From NCBI RefSeq assembly GCF_009914755.1, contig NC_060939.1: a stretch of DNA of 64,000 nucleotides; one strand, 5' to 3'. Shown piece after piece: positions 1 to 14,855 of this stretch. This DNA comes from the human T2T-CHM13v2.0 reference genome, Homo sapiens. Made by a program: the position numbers and the translations under genes. A model generated the notes under the pieces. That model did no database searches. It saw only the letters and a list, made by a program, of their open reading frames with translations, and had not been told where the DNA came from. The stretch's first letter is position 1; the number at the start of each line of letters is the position of its first letter.

Positions 1-6
1 GTAGCA

Positions 7-1030
7 GTAAATGTACAATATAAAGTAAATAGCTTTATTGTTGTGTTGCATTATATTAATATATATTTTCTAGTATTAAATCTTTGTATGCCAAATCACT
101 GGGGTGGGTGATTTCTTAGTAAGTGTAGAATTCAGTTCCTTTTTCTTTCAGTTAAGAATATTTTAACTATGTTTATAAGGGATACTGTTTAGTAATTTTA
201 TTCTTTTTGTATTCACTTCATCAAGAGTTAGTAATAGTTATATTTGCTTTGTAAAATGAACTGAAAGGAAGCCACTTTTTATAACTTTATCCATATTTCC
301 TAGTTTGGGGTCCATTTTACAAGATGTTTTAAACAGATGCTTATTAAAAACACCGGTTATAGGGACTTTAATAAAAATTTTTAAAATAATGTTTTACATT
401 TCTTGCAAAAATTGATGCCTGCAACCTATTTACTGTTTTTAAAATTAAATTAAGATTCATTTAAGCAGTACATGTTTATTTTAGTGAAACACGTATTTAA
501 TTTTCTAAGATAGTATTTTTTGTCTTTAAAACAATTTCTGCATGTTTTGTTTTTTTTTCACTTTAAATTTTATGTTTTCTCAGTTTTTGTTTTATCACAT
601 TTGCTATATTTTTCTGTATCATGGGTTATTTGTTAAAGAATGAACTTGTGTATGTTTATAAATTGTTACTGTTTTTGTTTATAATTTATTGCCTTCTAAC
701 TTAATATGTAATTAGCATTCCTTTTAATTTTGCTTGTATGCTTTGCTGTACCATTTTGAAATTCTTGAGTTAAATGCTTAACTATTTTTTATCAAGTTTA
801 AATATTAAATTAAATATGTCCCATCAGTTTAGTCATTTTAATATTCTCACTCATCAGACATTTTTTGGGAACACCATATGCCTTTTCATGCAGTCAGTTT
901 CAAGAAAATGAAAATTACTTTTTATATGTTTATACTCAAAGCTTGGCTAGAGATAAGTCTCCCCTTCCTTAAGTTGGGGAGAGAGTGATTTCTTCCAGGC
1001 TATAATCAAAAGAGATACAATTATAGTAAC
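7..1030. other. AT-rich, T-skewed segment of the unit (also at +5700n); possibly a decayed old transposon, not identified
   Basis: Very low GC with T runs; no ORF; no consensus I can recognise securely. Confidence 0.3.
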
Positions 1031-1172
1031 TTTTTGTGTTTGTTTGGGTTGTTTCTGTTTGTTTGTTTGTTTGTTTGTTTGAGACGGAGGTTGGATCTTG
1101 TTGCCCAGGCTGGAGTGTAGTGGCATAATCTCAGCTCACTGCAACCTCCGCCTCCTGGGTTCAAGCAATTCT
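1031..1172 (-). mobile_element. Truncated Alu (3' part of right arm, AluS-like) with (GTTT)n tail; repeated at +5700n (n=0-6)
   Basis: gtttgtttgttt-gagacggag...ttgcccaggctggagtgtagtggc...gcaacctccgcctcctgggttcaagcaattct, then stops. Confidence 0.9.
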
Positions 1173-1514
1173 AAACATATTTTAGCACAAAACTATTTAA
1201 GATTTCAATTTATATCTTTTTATTATCTTCCATATACTCTTTTGATACATTACCCATTATGTTGATTATTAACGTACACTCAAGTCAAGATCTTTTATTA
1301 TGTGAGGTCATCAGTCAATGATAACAGATATTGATGAATTAGTCTCCTCATCAGAAATTGAGCAACATTTTCATTCAAGACGACACATGGGCCTTTAAAG
1401 CATATTCAATAATACTGAGTCTCAGTGTTCTCCTGCTATTTTCTGAATGTGCATTTAGACCTTTATACATCTATCTATCTACTGACCCATTTATTAAATT
1501 TTCAGCATTTACTT

Positions 1515-1625
1515 TGTACTCCAAGGACCAGAACCATGTTTGTCTTGTTCACTGGTGTACTCCTATTGCAAGGACCTAGAACATAGTAGGAGCTCATTAA
1601 ACTCTGAGGTTTCAAAATAAGTGAA
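1515..1625 (+). mobile_element. L2 3'-end fragment; repeated at +5700n
   Basis: gaaccatgtttgtcttgttcactgctgtac...acatagtaggagctcattaaa resembles the L2 3' terminus. Confidence 0.65.
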
Positions 1626-1632
1626 TAGAGGT

Positions 1633-1901
1633 TGTAGCAGGAAGAAGTCTAAGATAGCCCCTATGACCTTCATTTCCTCATGTTACCCTGTTGATACCTC
1701 ACACGGCAAAGGAGTCTTGCACATGTCACTAAGGCTAATAATCCGTCAGCCTTAAGACGGGGGGAGTATCTGGGTAAACCTAACCTAATCACACCAAAAC
1801 TTCACAATCAGGGAGTTTTCTACAACTGAGAGTAGAATGGGAAGTCAGAGAGTTTCAGAGTCCAAGAAGCATTTATAGCACCCTTATTGACTTTGAAGAT
1901 G
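1633..1901 (+). mobile_element. MLT1 (MLT1E-like) LTR 5' fragment; repeated at +5700n
   Basis: tgtagcagg...ctaagatagcccc...acacggcaaaggagtcttgcacatgt...atctgggtaaacctaacctaatcaca...ctttgaagatg. Confidence 0.65.
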
Positions 1902-2212
1902 CTTTGCTTCTTCTTTTGAGTTCAGTTTGAGATTATCTTTCTAATAATTGATTAGATTTTATTCTTGTAAAAAAAGAGATAATTTAAAGGAATCTATTTT
2001 TAAATACTCTGAGGAGGGTGATACTAGGGGTGCTGGTTGTCCTGTTTTAACTTTGTCTTAATTTCTAATGTAATTAAATTTTGAGTAGGTAATGTGACCT
2101 GTGTGGTTTTTATTTTAAAAAATATATTGAGGTTTTATATAATCTATTTTTAAAATATTCAATGGAAACTTGAAAACATACTGTTTCACATATTCTCGTA
2201 TATATATATTAA

Positions 2213-2532
<320 letters not shown>

Positions 2533-2617
2533 TAATTATTTGTTTTTTAAAAGACGGTACATAGGAAGAAGTAAATCAGGAAAAGTGGATAGTGATTGGT
2601 GGCAGTAGAAGTGAGTC

Positions 2618-3549
<932 letters not shown>

Positions 3550-3709
3550 AAGAAGGCTCTCTTAAAAGGAATCACTTCTTGTTTTCTTACAAGTTATAAC
3601 CTCACTACCCTAGAGTCACATTTTTTAATAACTTACGAATTTTCTGAATCTTCAAATACCCTATGGCCCCATGGTAAAACATCAGATGACATTTGCCTCT
3701 CATTTAAAC

Positions 3710-3835
3710 CATTTTTCTTTTCCTCTTTCTTCTTTATTTTTCTTATACTCTCTCCTCATTTCTTTTTCTCTCTTCCTATTTCTCTTTTTCTCTCTGCTTC
3801 TTCCTACCTTCCCTCGTGACTTTGTCTCCTCATCC
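3710..3835. repeat. CT-rich low-complexity tract; repeated at +5700n
   Basis: Polypyrimidine stretch ttttctttcctctttcttc... Confidence 0.75.
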
Positions 3836-4042
3836 CATCACCGTGCTACTTAGATGCCACATCAATTTGACTAGCCTCAAATTTACAATGAATACTTTTT
3901 AAATTCATGCTTCTGAAACTTTTAAAGGATGAAGAGGTATAAATGTCTCAAATAATAATTTGCTTGATGGCTGAAATGAATGGCATTTCTCAAAAAGGCC
4001 AAGGGACTGAATACAGAAATTTAAACAATAATTTTCCGTTAG

Positions 4043-4449
4043 TGATACGGTTTGGATGTTTTGTCCCCTCCAAATCTCATGTTGAAATGCGACCTCCAGT
4101 GTTGGAGGTGGGCCTAGTAATAGGTGTTTGTTTCCCAAGGGTGGATCCCCATGAATGGTTTTGTGCTGTCCTCCTGGTAATGAGTGAGTTCTTGCTCTAT
4201 GAATTCACGAGAGATCTTGTTGTTTAAAAGAGCCTGGCATCTCCCTTGCTCCCTCTCTCCCCATGTAATATGCCAGCTCCCCCTTTGCCTTAAGCCATGA
4301 TTGTCAGCTTCCCGGGCCTCAGCAGAAGCTGAGCAGATACTGGTGGCCTGTTTGTACAGCCTGCAAACCATCAGCCCAAATACTCCTCTTTTCTTTATAA
4401 ATTACCCAGTCTCAGGTATTCCTTTATAGCATTGAGATGGACTAACATA
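4043..4449 (+). mobile_element. MST (MSTB-like) MaLR solo LTR; repeated at +5700n (n=0-5)
   Basis: Starts tgatacggtttggatgttttgtcccctccaaatctcatgttgaaatg; ends ataaattacccagtctcaggtattcctttatagc...ggactaacata; 5-bp TSD gttag/gtcag. Confidence 0.9.
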
Positions 4450-4981
4450 GTCAGTTTTGACAACATGAACCTTTCATATTAAAATTTAATTTCTAAATTC
4501 ACTCATTTACTGTGATTGGTTTATAGCTTTTCTGTAATAATGAATTTTACGTGTGACTTTCAATGTGCTTTAAAACTTGATTCACTTTTTAGCTCTATTT
4601 TTGGAAACTACCAGCTTCCACTGTTGAGGCAAAAGTGTCATCATTGAGGCTCTCCTGCTGAGGTAGCTGTTGTCTGATTTCCCTTCAGTTCTACTGCTGT
4701 CCCAGTGGAAAAAGGGAATCTTCACCACTTACATGACATGTTTGCCTGAACTCTAATCTTCCACACTTGCTGTAGAAAAGAGTAAAGTGGCAGTTCAGGG
4801 CAGTTTACCAATTTAGAAACGGTGTCCGCTCAGTATTTTCCTCTGTGTCACTTACTAAAACATATAAAGAAACCATGGACATTAAAAGAAAGAGAGAGGT
4901 TTAATGTGATATTTTAATTCTAACAAGGATTTATGGGCACGTGAATGCTCAAAATCACATACTCCCTTAGTGTTTTTCATC

Positions 4982-5033
4982 TCACACATATCACATCAGA
5001 CACATATCACACACATCAGGCACATATCACACA
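4982..5033. repeat. Short degenerate tandem repeat (cacatatcaca[ca]catcag); repeated at +5700n
   Basis: About three copies of cacatatcac-based units. Confidence 0.65.
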
Positions 5034-5106
5034 GAACTTGCCATAATTAAATTATCAGTTTTTGAAAAATATTATCATTTGCTCTCTTTTTTTCTATATA
5101 AATAAA

Positions 5107-5186
5107 TTTTTTTAAAATATGATTTTCAGTTCTGGGATACATGCAAGGAACATGCAGGTTTGTTATATAGGTATACATGTGCCATA
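5107..5186 (-). mobile_element. L1PA 3'-terminal fragment; repeated at +5700n
   Basis: agttctgggatacatgcaaggaacatgcaggtttgttatataggtatacatgtgccat. Confidence 0.75.
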
Positions 5187-5356
5187 TAGGTGGTTTCTTA
5201 TTTGTGCTTTCATCTTATGGCTTTGGCTAGAACTAGATAATAAAAGTATGCATCAATTTAAGAGTTATTTTTAATCATGGTAAGGACATATCTATAACTA
5301 CTTTGTTAAATTTCATCAGTCATGCATGTTAAATATCATTAAATAAATATCAAAAA

Positions 5357-5706
5357 TGGGCTGCTGTACCAGAATACCATAGACTTGGTGGCTTATAAAC
5401 AACAGAAAGGAATTTCTCACAGTTCTGGGGTCTGGGAAATCTAAGACCAAGGTACTAGCCAATCTGGTGTCTGGGAAAAACTTTTGTTCTAGTTCAAAGA
5501 AGGCTGCCCTTTCTCTATAACCTCAGTTGGGGAAGGAGCAAGGGAGTTCAGGGGGCTGCTTTAGAAGGGTGCTAAACCCATTAATGAGGGCTGCTCTCTC
5601 ATGACTTAATTAGTTCCCAAAAGCCCCACCTTCAAAAACCCTCACATTGGCGGTTAGCATTTCAACATATGAATTTGAGAGGGATGTAAACATTTAGTCT
5701 GTAGCA
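5357..5706 (-). mobile_element. MLT1A-like MaLR LTR; repeated at +5700n
   Basis: gggctgctgtaccagaataccatagacttggtggcttataaacaacagaaa...atttcaacatatgaatttgagaggg...aaacatttagtctgtagca. Confidence 0.85.
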
Positions 5707-8454
5707 GTAAATGTACAATATAAAGTAAATAGCTTTATTGTTGTGTTGCATTATATTAATATATATTTTCTAGTATTAAATCTTTGTATGCCAAATCACT
5801 GGGGTGGGTGATTTCTTAGTAAGTGTAGAATTCAGTTCCTTTTTCTTTCAGTTAAGAATATTTTAACTATGTTTATAAGGGATACTGTTTAGTAATTTTA
5901 TTCTTTTTGTATTCACTTCATCAAGAGTTAGTAATAGTTATATTTGCTTTGTAAAATGAACTGAAAGGAAGCCACTTTTTATAACTTTATCCATATTTCC
6001 TAGTTTGGGGTCCATTTTACAAGATGTTTTAAACAGATGCTTATTAAAAACACCGGTTATAGGGACTTTAATAAAAATTTTTAAAATAATGTTTTACATT
6101 TCTTGCAAAAATTGATGCCTGCAACCTATTTACTGTTTTTAAAATTAAATTAAGATTCATTTAAGCAGTACATGTTTATTTTAGTGAAACACGTATTTAA
6201 TTTTCTAAGATAGTATTTTTTGTCTTTAAAACAATTTCTGCATGTTTTGTTTTTTTTTCACTTTAAATTTTATGTTTTCTCAGTTTTTGTTTTATCACAT
6301 TTGCTATATTTTTCTGTATCATGGGTTATTTGTTAAAGAATGAACTTGTGTATGTTTATAAATTGTTACTGTTTTTGTTTATAATTTATTGCCTTCTAAC
6401 TTAATATGTAATTAGCATTCCTTTTAATTTTGCTTGTATGCTTTGCTGTACCATTTTGAAATTCTTGAGTTAAATGCTTAACTATTTTTTATCAAGTTTA
6501 AATATTAAATTAAATATGTCCCATCAGTTTAGTCATTTTAATATTCTCACTCATCAGACATTTTTTGGGAACACCATATGCCTTTTCATGCAGTCAGTTT
6601 CAAGAAAATGAAAATTACTTTTTATATGTTTATACTCAAAGCTTGGCTAGAGATAAGTCTCCCCTTCCTTAAGTTGGGGAGAGAGTGATTTCTTCCAGGC
6701 TATAATCAAAAGAGATACAATTATAGTAACTTTTTGTGTTTGTTTGGGTTGTTTCTGTTTGTTTGTTTGTTTGTTTGTTTGAGACGGAGGTTGGATCTTG
6801 TTGCCCAGGCTGGAGTGTAGTGGCATAATCTCAGCTCACTGCAACCTCCGCCTCCTGGGTTCAAGCAATTCTAAACATATTTTAGCACAAAACTATTTAA
6901 GATTTCAATTTATATCTTTTTATTATCTTCCATATACTCTTTTGATACATTACCCATTATGTTGATTATTAACGTACACTCAAGTCAAGATCTTTTATTA
7001 TGTGAGGTCATCAGTCAATGATAACAGATATTGATGAATTAGTCTCCTCATCAGAAATTGAGCAACATTTTCATTCAAGACGACACATGGGCCTTTAAAG
7101 CATATTCAATAATACTGAGTCTCAGTGTTCTCCTGCTATTTTCTGAATGTGCATTTAGACCTTTATACATCTATCTATCTACTGACCCATTTATTAAATT
7201 TTCAGCATTTACTTTGTACTCCAAGGACCAGAACCATGTTTGTCTTGTTCACTGCTGTACTCCTATTGCAAGGACCTAGAACATAGTAGGAGCTCATTAA
7301 ACTCTGAGGTTTCAAAATAAGTGAATAGAGGTTGTAGCAGGAAGAAGTCTAAGATAGCCCCTATGACCTTCATTTCCTCATGTTACCCTGTTGATACCTC
7401 ACACGGCAAAGGAGTCTTGCACATGTCACTAAGGCTAATAATCCGTCAGCCTTAAGACGGGGGGAGTATCTGGGTAAACCTAACCTAATCACACCAAAAC
7501 TTCACAATCAGGGAGTTTTCTACAACTGAGAGTAGAATGGGAAGTCAGAGAGTTTCAGAGTCCAAGAAGCATTTATAGCACCCTTATTGACTTTGAAGAT
7601 GCTTTGCTTCTTCTTTTGAGTTCAGTTTGAGATTATCTTTCTAATAATTGATTAGATTTTATTCTTGTAAAAAAAGAGATAATTTAAAGGAATCTATTTT
7701 TAAATACTCTGAGGAGGGTGATACTAGGGGTGCTGGTTGTCCTGTTTTAACTTTGTCTTAATTTCTAATGTAATTAAATTTTGAGTAGGTAATGTGACCT
7801 GTGTGGTTTTTATTTTAAAAAATATATTGAGGTTTTATATAATCTATTTTTAAAATATTCAATGGAAACTTGAAAACATACTGTTTCACATATTCTCGTA
7901 TATATATATTAAAAATCTTTTTTTATTTATTTTTTATTTTTATTTTTTTTTGAGACGGAGTCTCGCTCTGTCGCCCAGGCTGGAGTGCAGTGGCGCCATC
8001 TGGGCTCACTGCAAGCTCCGCCTCCTGGGTTCACGCCATTCTCCTGCCTCAGCCTCCCGAATAGCTGGGACTGCAGGCACCCACCACCACGCCCAGCTAC
8101 TTTTTTGTATTTTTAGTGGAGACAGAGTTTCACCGTGTTAGCCAGGATGGTCTCGATTTCCTGACCTCGTGATCCGCCCGCCTCAGCCTCCCAAAGTGCT
8201 GGGATTACAGGCGTGAGCCACTTAGCCCGGCCTAATTATTTGTTTTTTAAAAGACGGTACATAGGAAGAAGTAAATCAGGAAAAGTGGATAGTGATTGGT
8301 GGCAGTAGAAGTGAGTCAGTGTTACAGTTACTATTGCTGCTTAAGAAACTAACCCAAATGGCCTGGGCGCCGTGGCTCACGCCTGTAATCCCAGCAGTTT
8401 GGGAGGCTGAGACGGGCGGATCATGAGTTCAGGAGATCGAGACCATCCTGCCTA

Positions 8455-8687
<233 letters not shown>

Positions 8688-8946
8688 CTAAATTTAATAA
8701 GGTAAAACAACGACCACTTCATTATATCTCATGGATCCTATAGGTGAGAAATTCCAGCAGGATTCATCTGAGTGATTCTTCCTCTCTCACATCATTAACT
8801 AGGGTGACTCAGTGCTAGTCGGCTGGCAAACAAGTCAGTCTGGAAGGTGCAAGGTGCTTTTTTTCTGTCTTATAAATTGGTGGAGTTGTCTGGAAGGCAA
8901 GGCTCAGATGGGAAGGACTCTTAGTTATAGTGCCTGCACAGGGTAA

Positions 8947-9155
<209 letters not shown>

Positions 9156-12100
9156 TAGCCAGGATGGTCTCGATCTCCTGACCTCGTGATCCACCCGCCT
9201 CGGCCTCCCAAAGTGCTGGGATTACAGGCGTGAGCCACAGCTCCCGGCCAAGAAGGCTCTCTTAAAAGGAATCACTTCTTGTTTTCTTACAAGTTATAAC
9301 CTCACTACCCTAGAGTCACATTTTTTAATAACTTACGAATTTTCTGAATCTTCAAATACCCTATGGCCCCATGGTAAAACATCAGATGACATTTGCCTCT
9401 CATTTAAACCATTTTTCTTTTCCTCTTTCTTCTTTATTTTTCTTATACTCTCTCCTCATTTCTTTTTCTCTCTTCCTATTTCTCTTTTTCTCTCTGCTTC
9501 TTCCTACCTTCCCTCGTGACTTTGTCTCCTCATCCCATCACCGTGCTACTTAGATGCCACATCAATTTGACTAGCCTCAAATTTACAATGAATACTTTTT
9601 AAATTCATGCTTCTGAAACTTTTAAAGGATGAAGAGGTATAAATGTCTCAAATAATAATTTGCTTGATGGCTGAAATGAATGGCATTTCTCAAAAAGGCC
9701 AAGGGACTGAATACAGAAATTTAAACAATAATTTTCCGTTAGTGATACGGTTTGGATGTTTTGTCCCCTCCAAATCTCATGTTGAAATGCGACCTCCAGT
9801 GTTGGAGGTGGGCCTAGTAATAGGTGTTTGTTTCCCAAGGGTGGATCCCCATGAATGGTTTTGTGCTGTCCTCCTGGTAATGAGTGAGTTCTTGCTCTAT
9901 GAATTCACGAGAGATCTTGTTGTTTAAAAGAGCCTGGCATCTCCCTTGCTCCCTCTCTCCCCATGTAATATGCCAGCTCCCCCTTTGCCTTAAGCCATGA
10001 TTGTCAGCTTCCCGGGCCTCAGCAGAAGCTGAGCAGATACTGGTGGCCTGTTTGTACAGCCTGCAAACCATCAGCCCAAATACTCCTCTTTTCTTTATAA
10101 ATTACCCAGTCTCAGGTATTCCTTTATAGCATTGAGATGGACTAACATAGTCAGTTTTGACAACATGAACCTTTCATATTAAAATTTAATTTCTAAATTC
10201 ACTCATTTACTGTGATTGGTTTATAGCTTTTCTGTAATAATGAATTTTACGTGTGACTTTCAATGTGCTTTAAAACTTGATTCACTTTTTAGCTCTATTT
10301 TTGGAAACTACCAGCTTCCACTGTTGAGGCAAAAGTGTCATCATTGAGGCTCTCCTGCTGAGGTAGCTGTTGTCTGATTTCCCTTCAGTTCTACTGCTGT
10401 CCCAGTGGAAAAAGGGAATCTTCACCACTTACATGACATGTTTGCCTGAACTCTAATCTTCCACACTTGCTGTAGAAAAGAGTAAAGTGGCAGTTCAGGG
10501 CAGTTTACCAATTTAGAAACGGTGTCCGCTCAGTATTTTCCTCTGTGTCACTTACTAAAACATATAAAGAAACCATGGACATTAAAAGAAAGAGAGAGGT
10601 TTAATGTGATATTTTAATTCTAACAAGGATTTATGGGCACGTGAATGCTCAAAATCACATACTCCCTTAGTGTTTTTCATCTCACACATATCACATCAGA
10701 CACATATCACACACATCAGGCACATATCACACAGAACTTGCCATAATTAAATTATCAGTTTTTGAAAAATATTATCATTTGCTCTCTTTTTTTCTATATA
10801 AATAAATTTTTTTAAAATATGATTTTCAGTTCTGGGATACATGCAAGGAACATGCAGGTTTGTTATATAGGTATACATGTGCCATATAGGTGGTTTCTTA
10901 TTTGTGCTTTCATCTTATGGCTTTGGCTAGAACTAGATAATAAAAGTATGCATCAATTTAAGAGTTATTTTTAATCATGGTAAGGACATATCTATAACTA
11001 CTTTGTTAAATTTCATCAGTCATGCATGTTAAATATCATTAAATAAATATCAAAAATGGGCTGCTGTACCAGAATACCATAGACTTGGTGGCTTATAAAC
11101 AACAGAAAGGAATTTCTCACAGTTCTGGGGTCTGGGAAATCTAAGACCAAGGTACTAGCCAATCTGGTGTCTGGGAAAAACTTTTGTTCTAGTTCAAAGA
11201 AGGCTGCCCTTTCTCTATAACCTCAGTTGGGGAAGGAGCAAGGGAGTTCAGGGGGCTGCTTTAGAAGGGTGCTAAACCCATTAATGAGGGCTGCTCTCTC
11301 ATGACTTAATTAGTTCCCAAAAGCCCCACCTTCAAAAACCCTCACATTGGCGGTTAGCATTTCAACATATGAATTTGAGAGGGATGTAAACATTTAGTCT
11401 GTAGCAGTAAATGTACAATATAAAGTAAATAGCTTTATTGTTGTGTTGCATTATATTAATATATATTTTCTAGTATTAAATCTTTGTATGCCAAATCACT
11501 GGGGTGGGTGATTTCTTAGTAAGTGTAGAATTCAGTTCCTTTTTCTTTCAGTTAAGAATATTTTAACTATGTTTATAAGGGATACTGTTTAGTAATTTTA
11601 TTCTTTTTGTATTCACTTCATCAAGAGTTAGTAATAGTTATATTTGCTTTGTAAAATGAACTGAAAGGAAGCCACTTTTTATAACTTTATCCATATTTCC
11701 TAGTTTGGGGTCCATTTTACAAGATGTTTTAAACAGATGCTTATTAAAAACACCGGTTATAGGGACTTTAATAAAAATTTTTAAAATAATGTTTTACATT
11801 TCTTGCAAAAATTGATGCCTGCAACCTATTTACTGTTTTTAAAATTAAATTAAGATTCATTTAAGCAGTACATGTTTATTTTAGTGAAACACGTATTTAA
11901 TTTTCTAAGATAGTATTTTTTGTCTTTAAAACAATTTCTGCATGTTTTGTTTTTTTTTCACTTTAAATTTTATGTTTTCTCAGTTTTTGTTTTATCACAT
12001 TTGCTATATTTTTCTGTATCATGGGTTATTTGTTAAAGAATGAACTTGTGTATGTTTATAAATTGTTACTGTTTTTGTTTATAATTTATTGCCTTCTAAC

Positions 12101-14154
12101 TTAATATGTAATTAGCATTCCTTTTAATTTTGCTTGTATGCTTTGCTGTACCATTTTGAAATTCTTGAGTTAAATGCTTAACTATTTTTTATCAAGTTTA
12201 AATATTAAATTAAATATGTCCCATCAGTTTAGTCATTTTAATATTCTCACTCATCAGACATTTTTTGGGAACACCATATGCCTTTTCATGCAGTCAGTTT
12301 CAAGAAAATGAAAATTACTTTTTATATGTTTATACTCAAAGCTTGGCTAGAGATAAGTCTCCCCTTCCTTAAGTTGGGGAGAGAGTGATTTCTTCCAGGC
12401 TATAATCAAAAGAGATACAATTATAGTAACTTTTTGTGTTTGTTTGGGTTGTTTCTGTTTGTTTGTTTGTTTGTTTGTTTGAGACGGAGGTTGGATCTTG
12501 TTGCCCAGGCTGGAGTGTAGTGGCATAATCTCAGCTCACTGCAACCTCCGCCTCCTGGGTTCAAGCAATTCTAAACATATTTTAGCACAAAACTATTTAA
12601 GATTTCAATTTATATCTTTTTATTATCTTCCATATACTCTTTTGATACATTACCCATTATGTTGATTATTAACGTACACTCAAGTCAAGATCTTTTATTA
12701 TGTGAGGTCATCAGTCAATGATAACAGATATTGATGAATTAGTCTCCTCATCAGAAATTGAGCAACATTTTCATTCAAGACGACACATGGGCCTTTAAAG
12801 CATATTCAATAATACTGAGTCTCAGTGTTCTCCTGCTATTTTCTGAATGTGCATTTAGACCTTTATACATCTATCTATCTACTGACCCATTTATTAAATT
12901 TTCAGCATTTACTTTGTACTCCAAGGACCAGAACCATGTTTGTCTTGTTCACTGCTGTACTCCTATTGCAAGGACCTAGAACATAGTAGGAGCTCATTAA
13001 ACTCTGAGGTTTCAAAATAAGTGAATAGAGGTTGTAGCAGGAAGAAGTCTAAGATAGCCCCTATGACCTTCATTTCCTCATGTTACCCTGTTGATACCTC
13101 ACACGGCAAAGGAGTCTTGCACATGTCACTAAGGCTAATAATCCGTCAGCCTTAAGACGGGGGGAGTATCTGGGTAAACCTAACCTAATCACACCAAAAC
13201 TTCACAATCAGGGAGTTTTCTACAACTGAGAGTAGAATGGGAAGTCAGAGAGTTTCAGAGTCCAAGAAGCATTTATAGCACCCTTATTGACTTTGAAGAT
13301 GCTTTGCTTCTTCTTTTGAGTTCAGTTTGAGATTATCTTTCTAATAATTGATTAGATTTTATTCTTGTAAAAAAAGAGATAATTTAAAGGAATCTATTTT
13401 TAAATACTCTGAGGAGGGTGATACTAGGGGTGCTGGTTGTCCTGTTTTAACTTTGTCTTAATTTCTAATGTAATTAAATTTTGAGTAGGTAATGTGACCT
13501 GTGTGGTTTTTATTTTAAAAAATATATTGAGGTTTTATATAATCTATTTTTAAAATATTCAATGGAAACTTGAAAACATACTGTTTCACATATTCTCGTA
13601 TATATATATTAAAAATCTTTTTTTATTTATTTTTTATTTTTATTTTTTTTTGAGACGGAGTCTCGCTCTGTCGCCCAGGCTGGAGTGCAGTGGCGCCATC
13701 TGGGCTCACTGCAAGCTCCGCCTCCTGGGTTCACGCCATTCTCCTGCCTCAGCCTCCCGAATAGCTGGGACTGCAGGCACCCACCACCACGCCCAGCTAC
13801 TTTTTTGTATTTTTAGTGGAGACAGAGTTTCACCGTGTTAGCCAGGATGGTCTCGATTTCCTGACCTCGTGATCCGCCCGCCTCAGCCTCCCAAAGTGCT
13901 GGGATTACAGGCGTGAGCCACTTAGCCCGGCCTAATTATTTGTTTTTTAAAAGACGGTACATAGGAAGAAGTAAATCAGGAAAAGTGGATAGTGATTGGT
14001 GGCAGTAGAAGTGAGTCAGTGTTACAGTTACTATTGCTGCTTAAGAAACTAACCCAAATGGCCTGGGCGCCGTGGCTCACGCCTGTAATCCCAGCAGTTT
14101 GGGAGGCTGAGACGGGCGGATCATGAGTTCAGGAGATCGAGACCATCCTGCCTA

Positions 14155-14387
<233 letters not shown>

Positions 14388-14646
14388 CTAAATTTAATAA
14401 GGTAAAACAACGACCACTTCATTATATCTCATGGATCCTATAGGTGAGAAATTCCAGCAGGATTCATCTGAGTGATTCTTCCTCTCTCACATCATTAACT
14501 AGGGTGACTCAGTGCTAGTCGGCTGGCAAACAAGTCAGTCTGGAAGGTGCAAGGTGCTTTTTTTCTGTCTTATAAATTGGTGGAGTTGTCTGGAAGGCAA
14601 GGCTCAGATGGGAAGGACTCTTAGTTATAGTGCCTGCACAGGGTAA

Positions 14647-14855
<209 letters not shown>

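Noticed and set aside
958-982. Small inverted repeat tctcccc-N11-ggggaga
   Set aside because: A 7-bp stem is expected by chance; one arm is mutated in the last unit.
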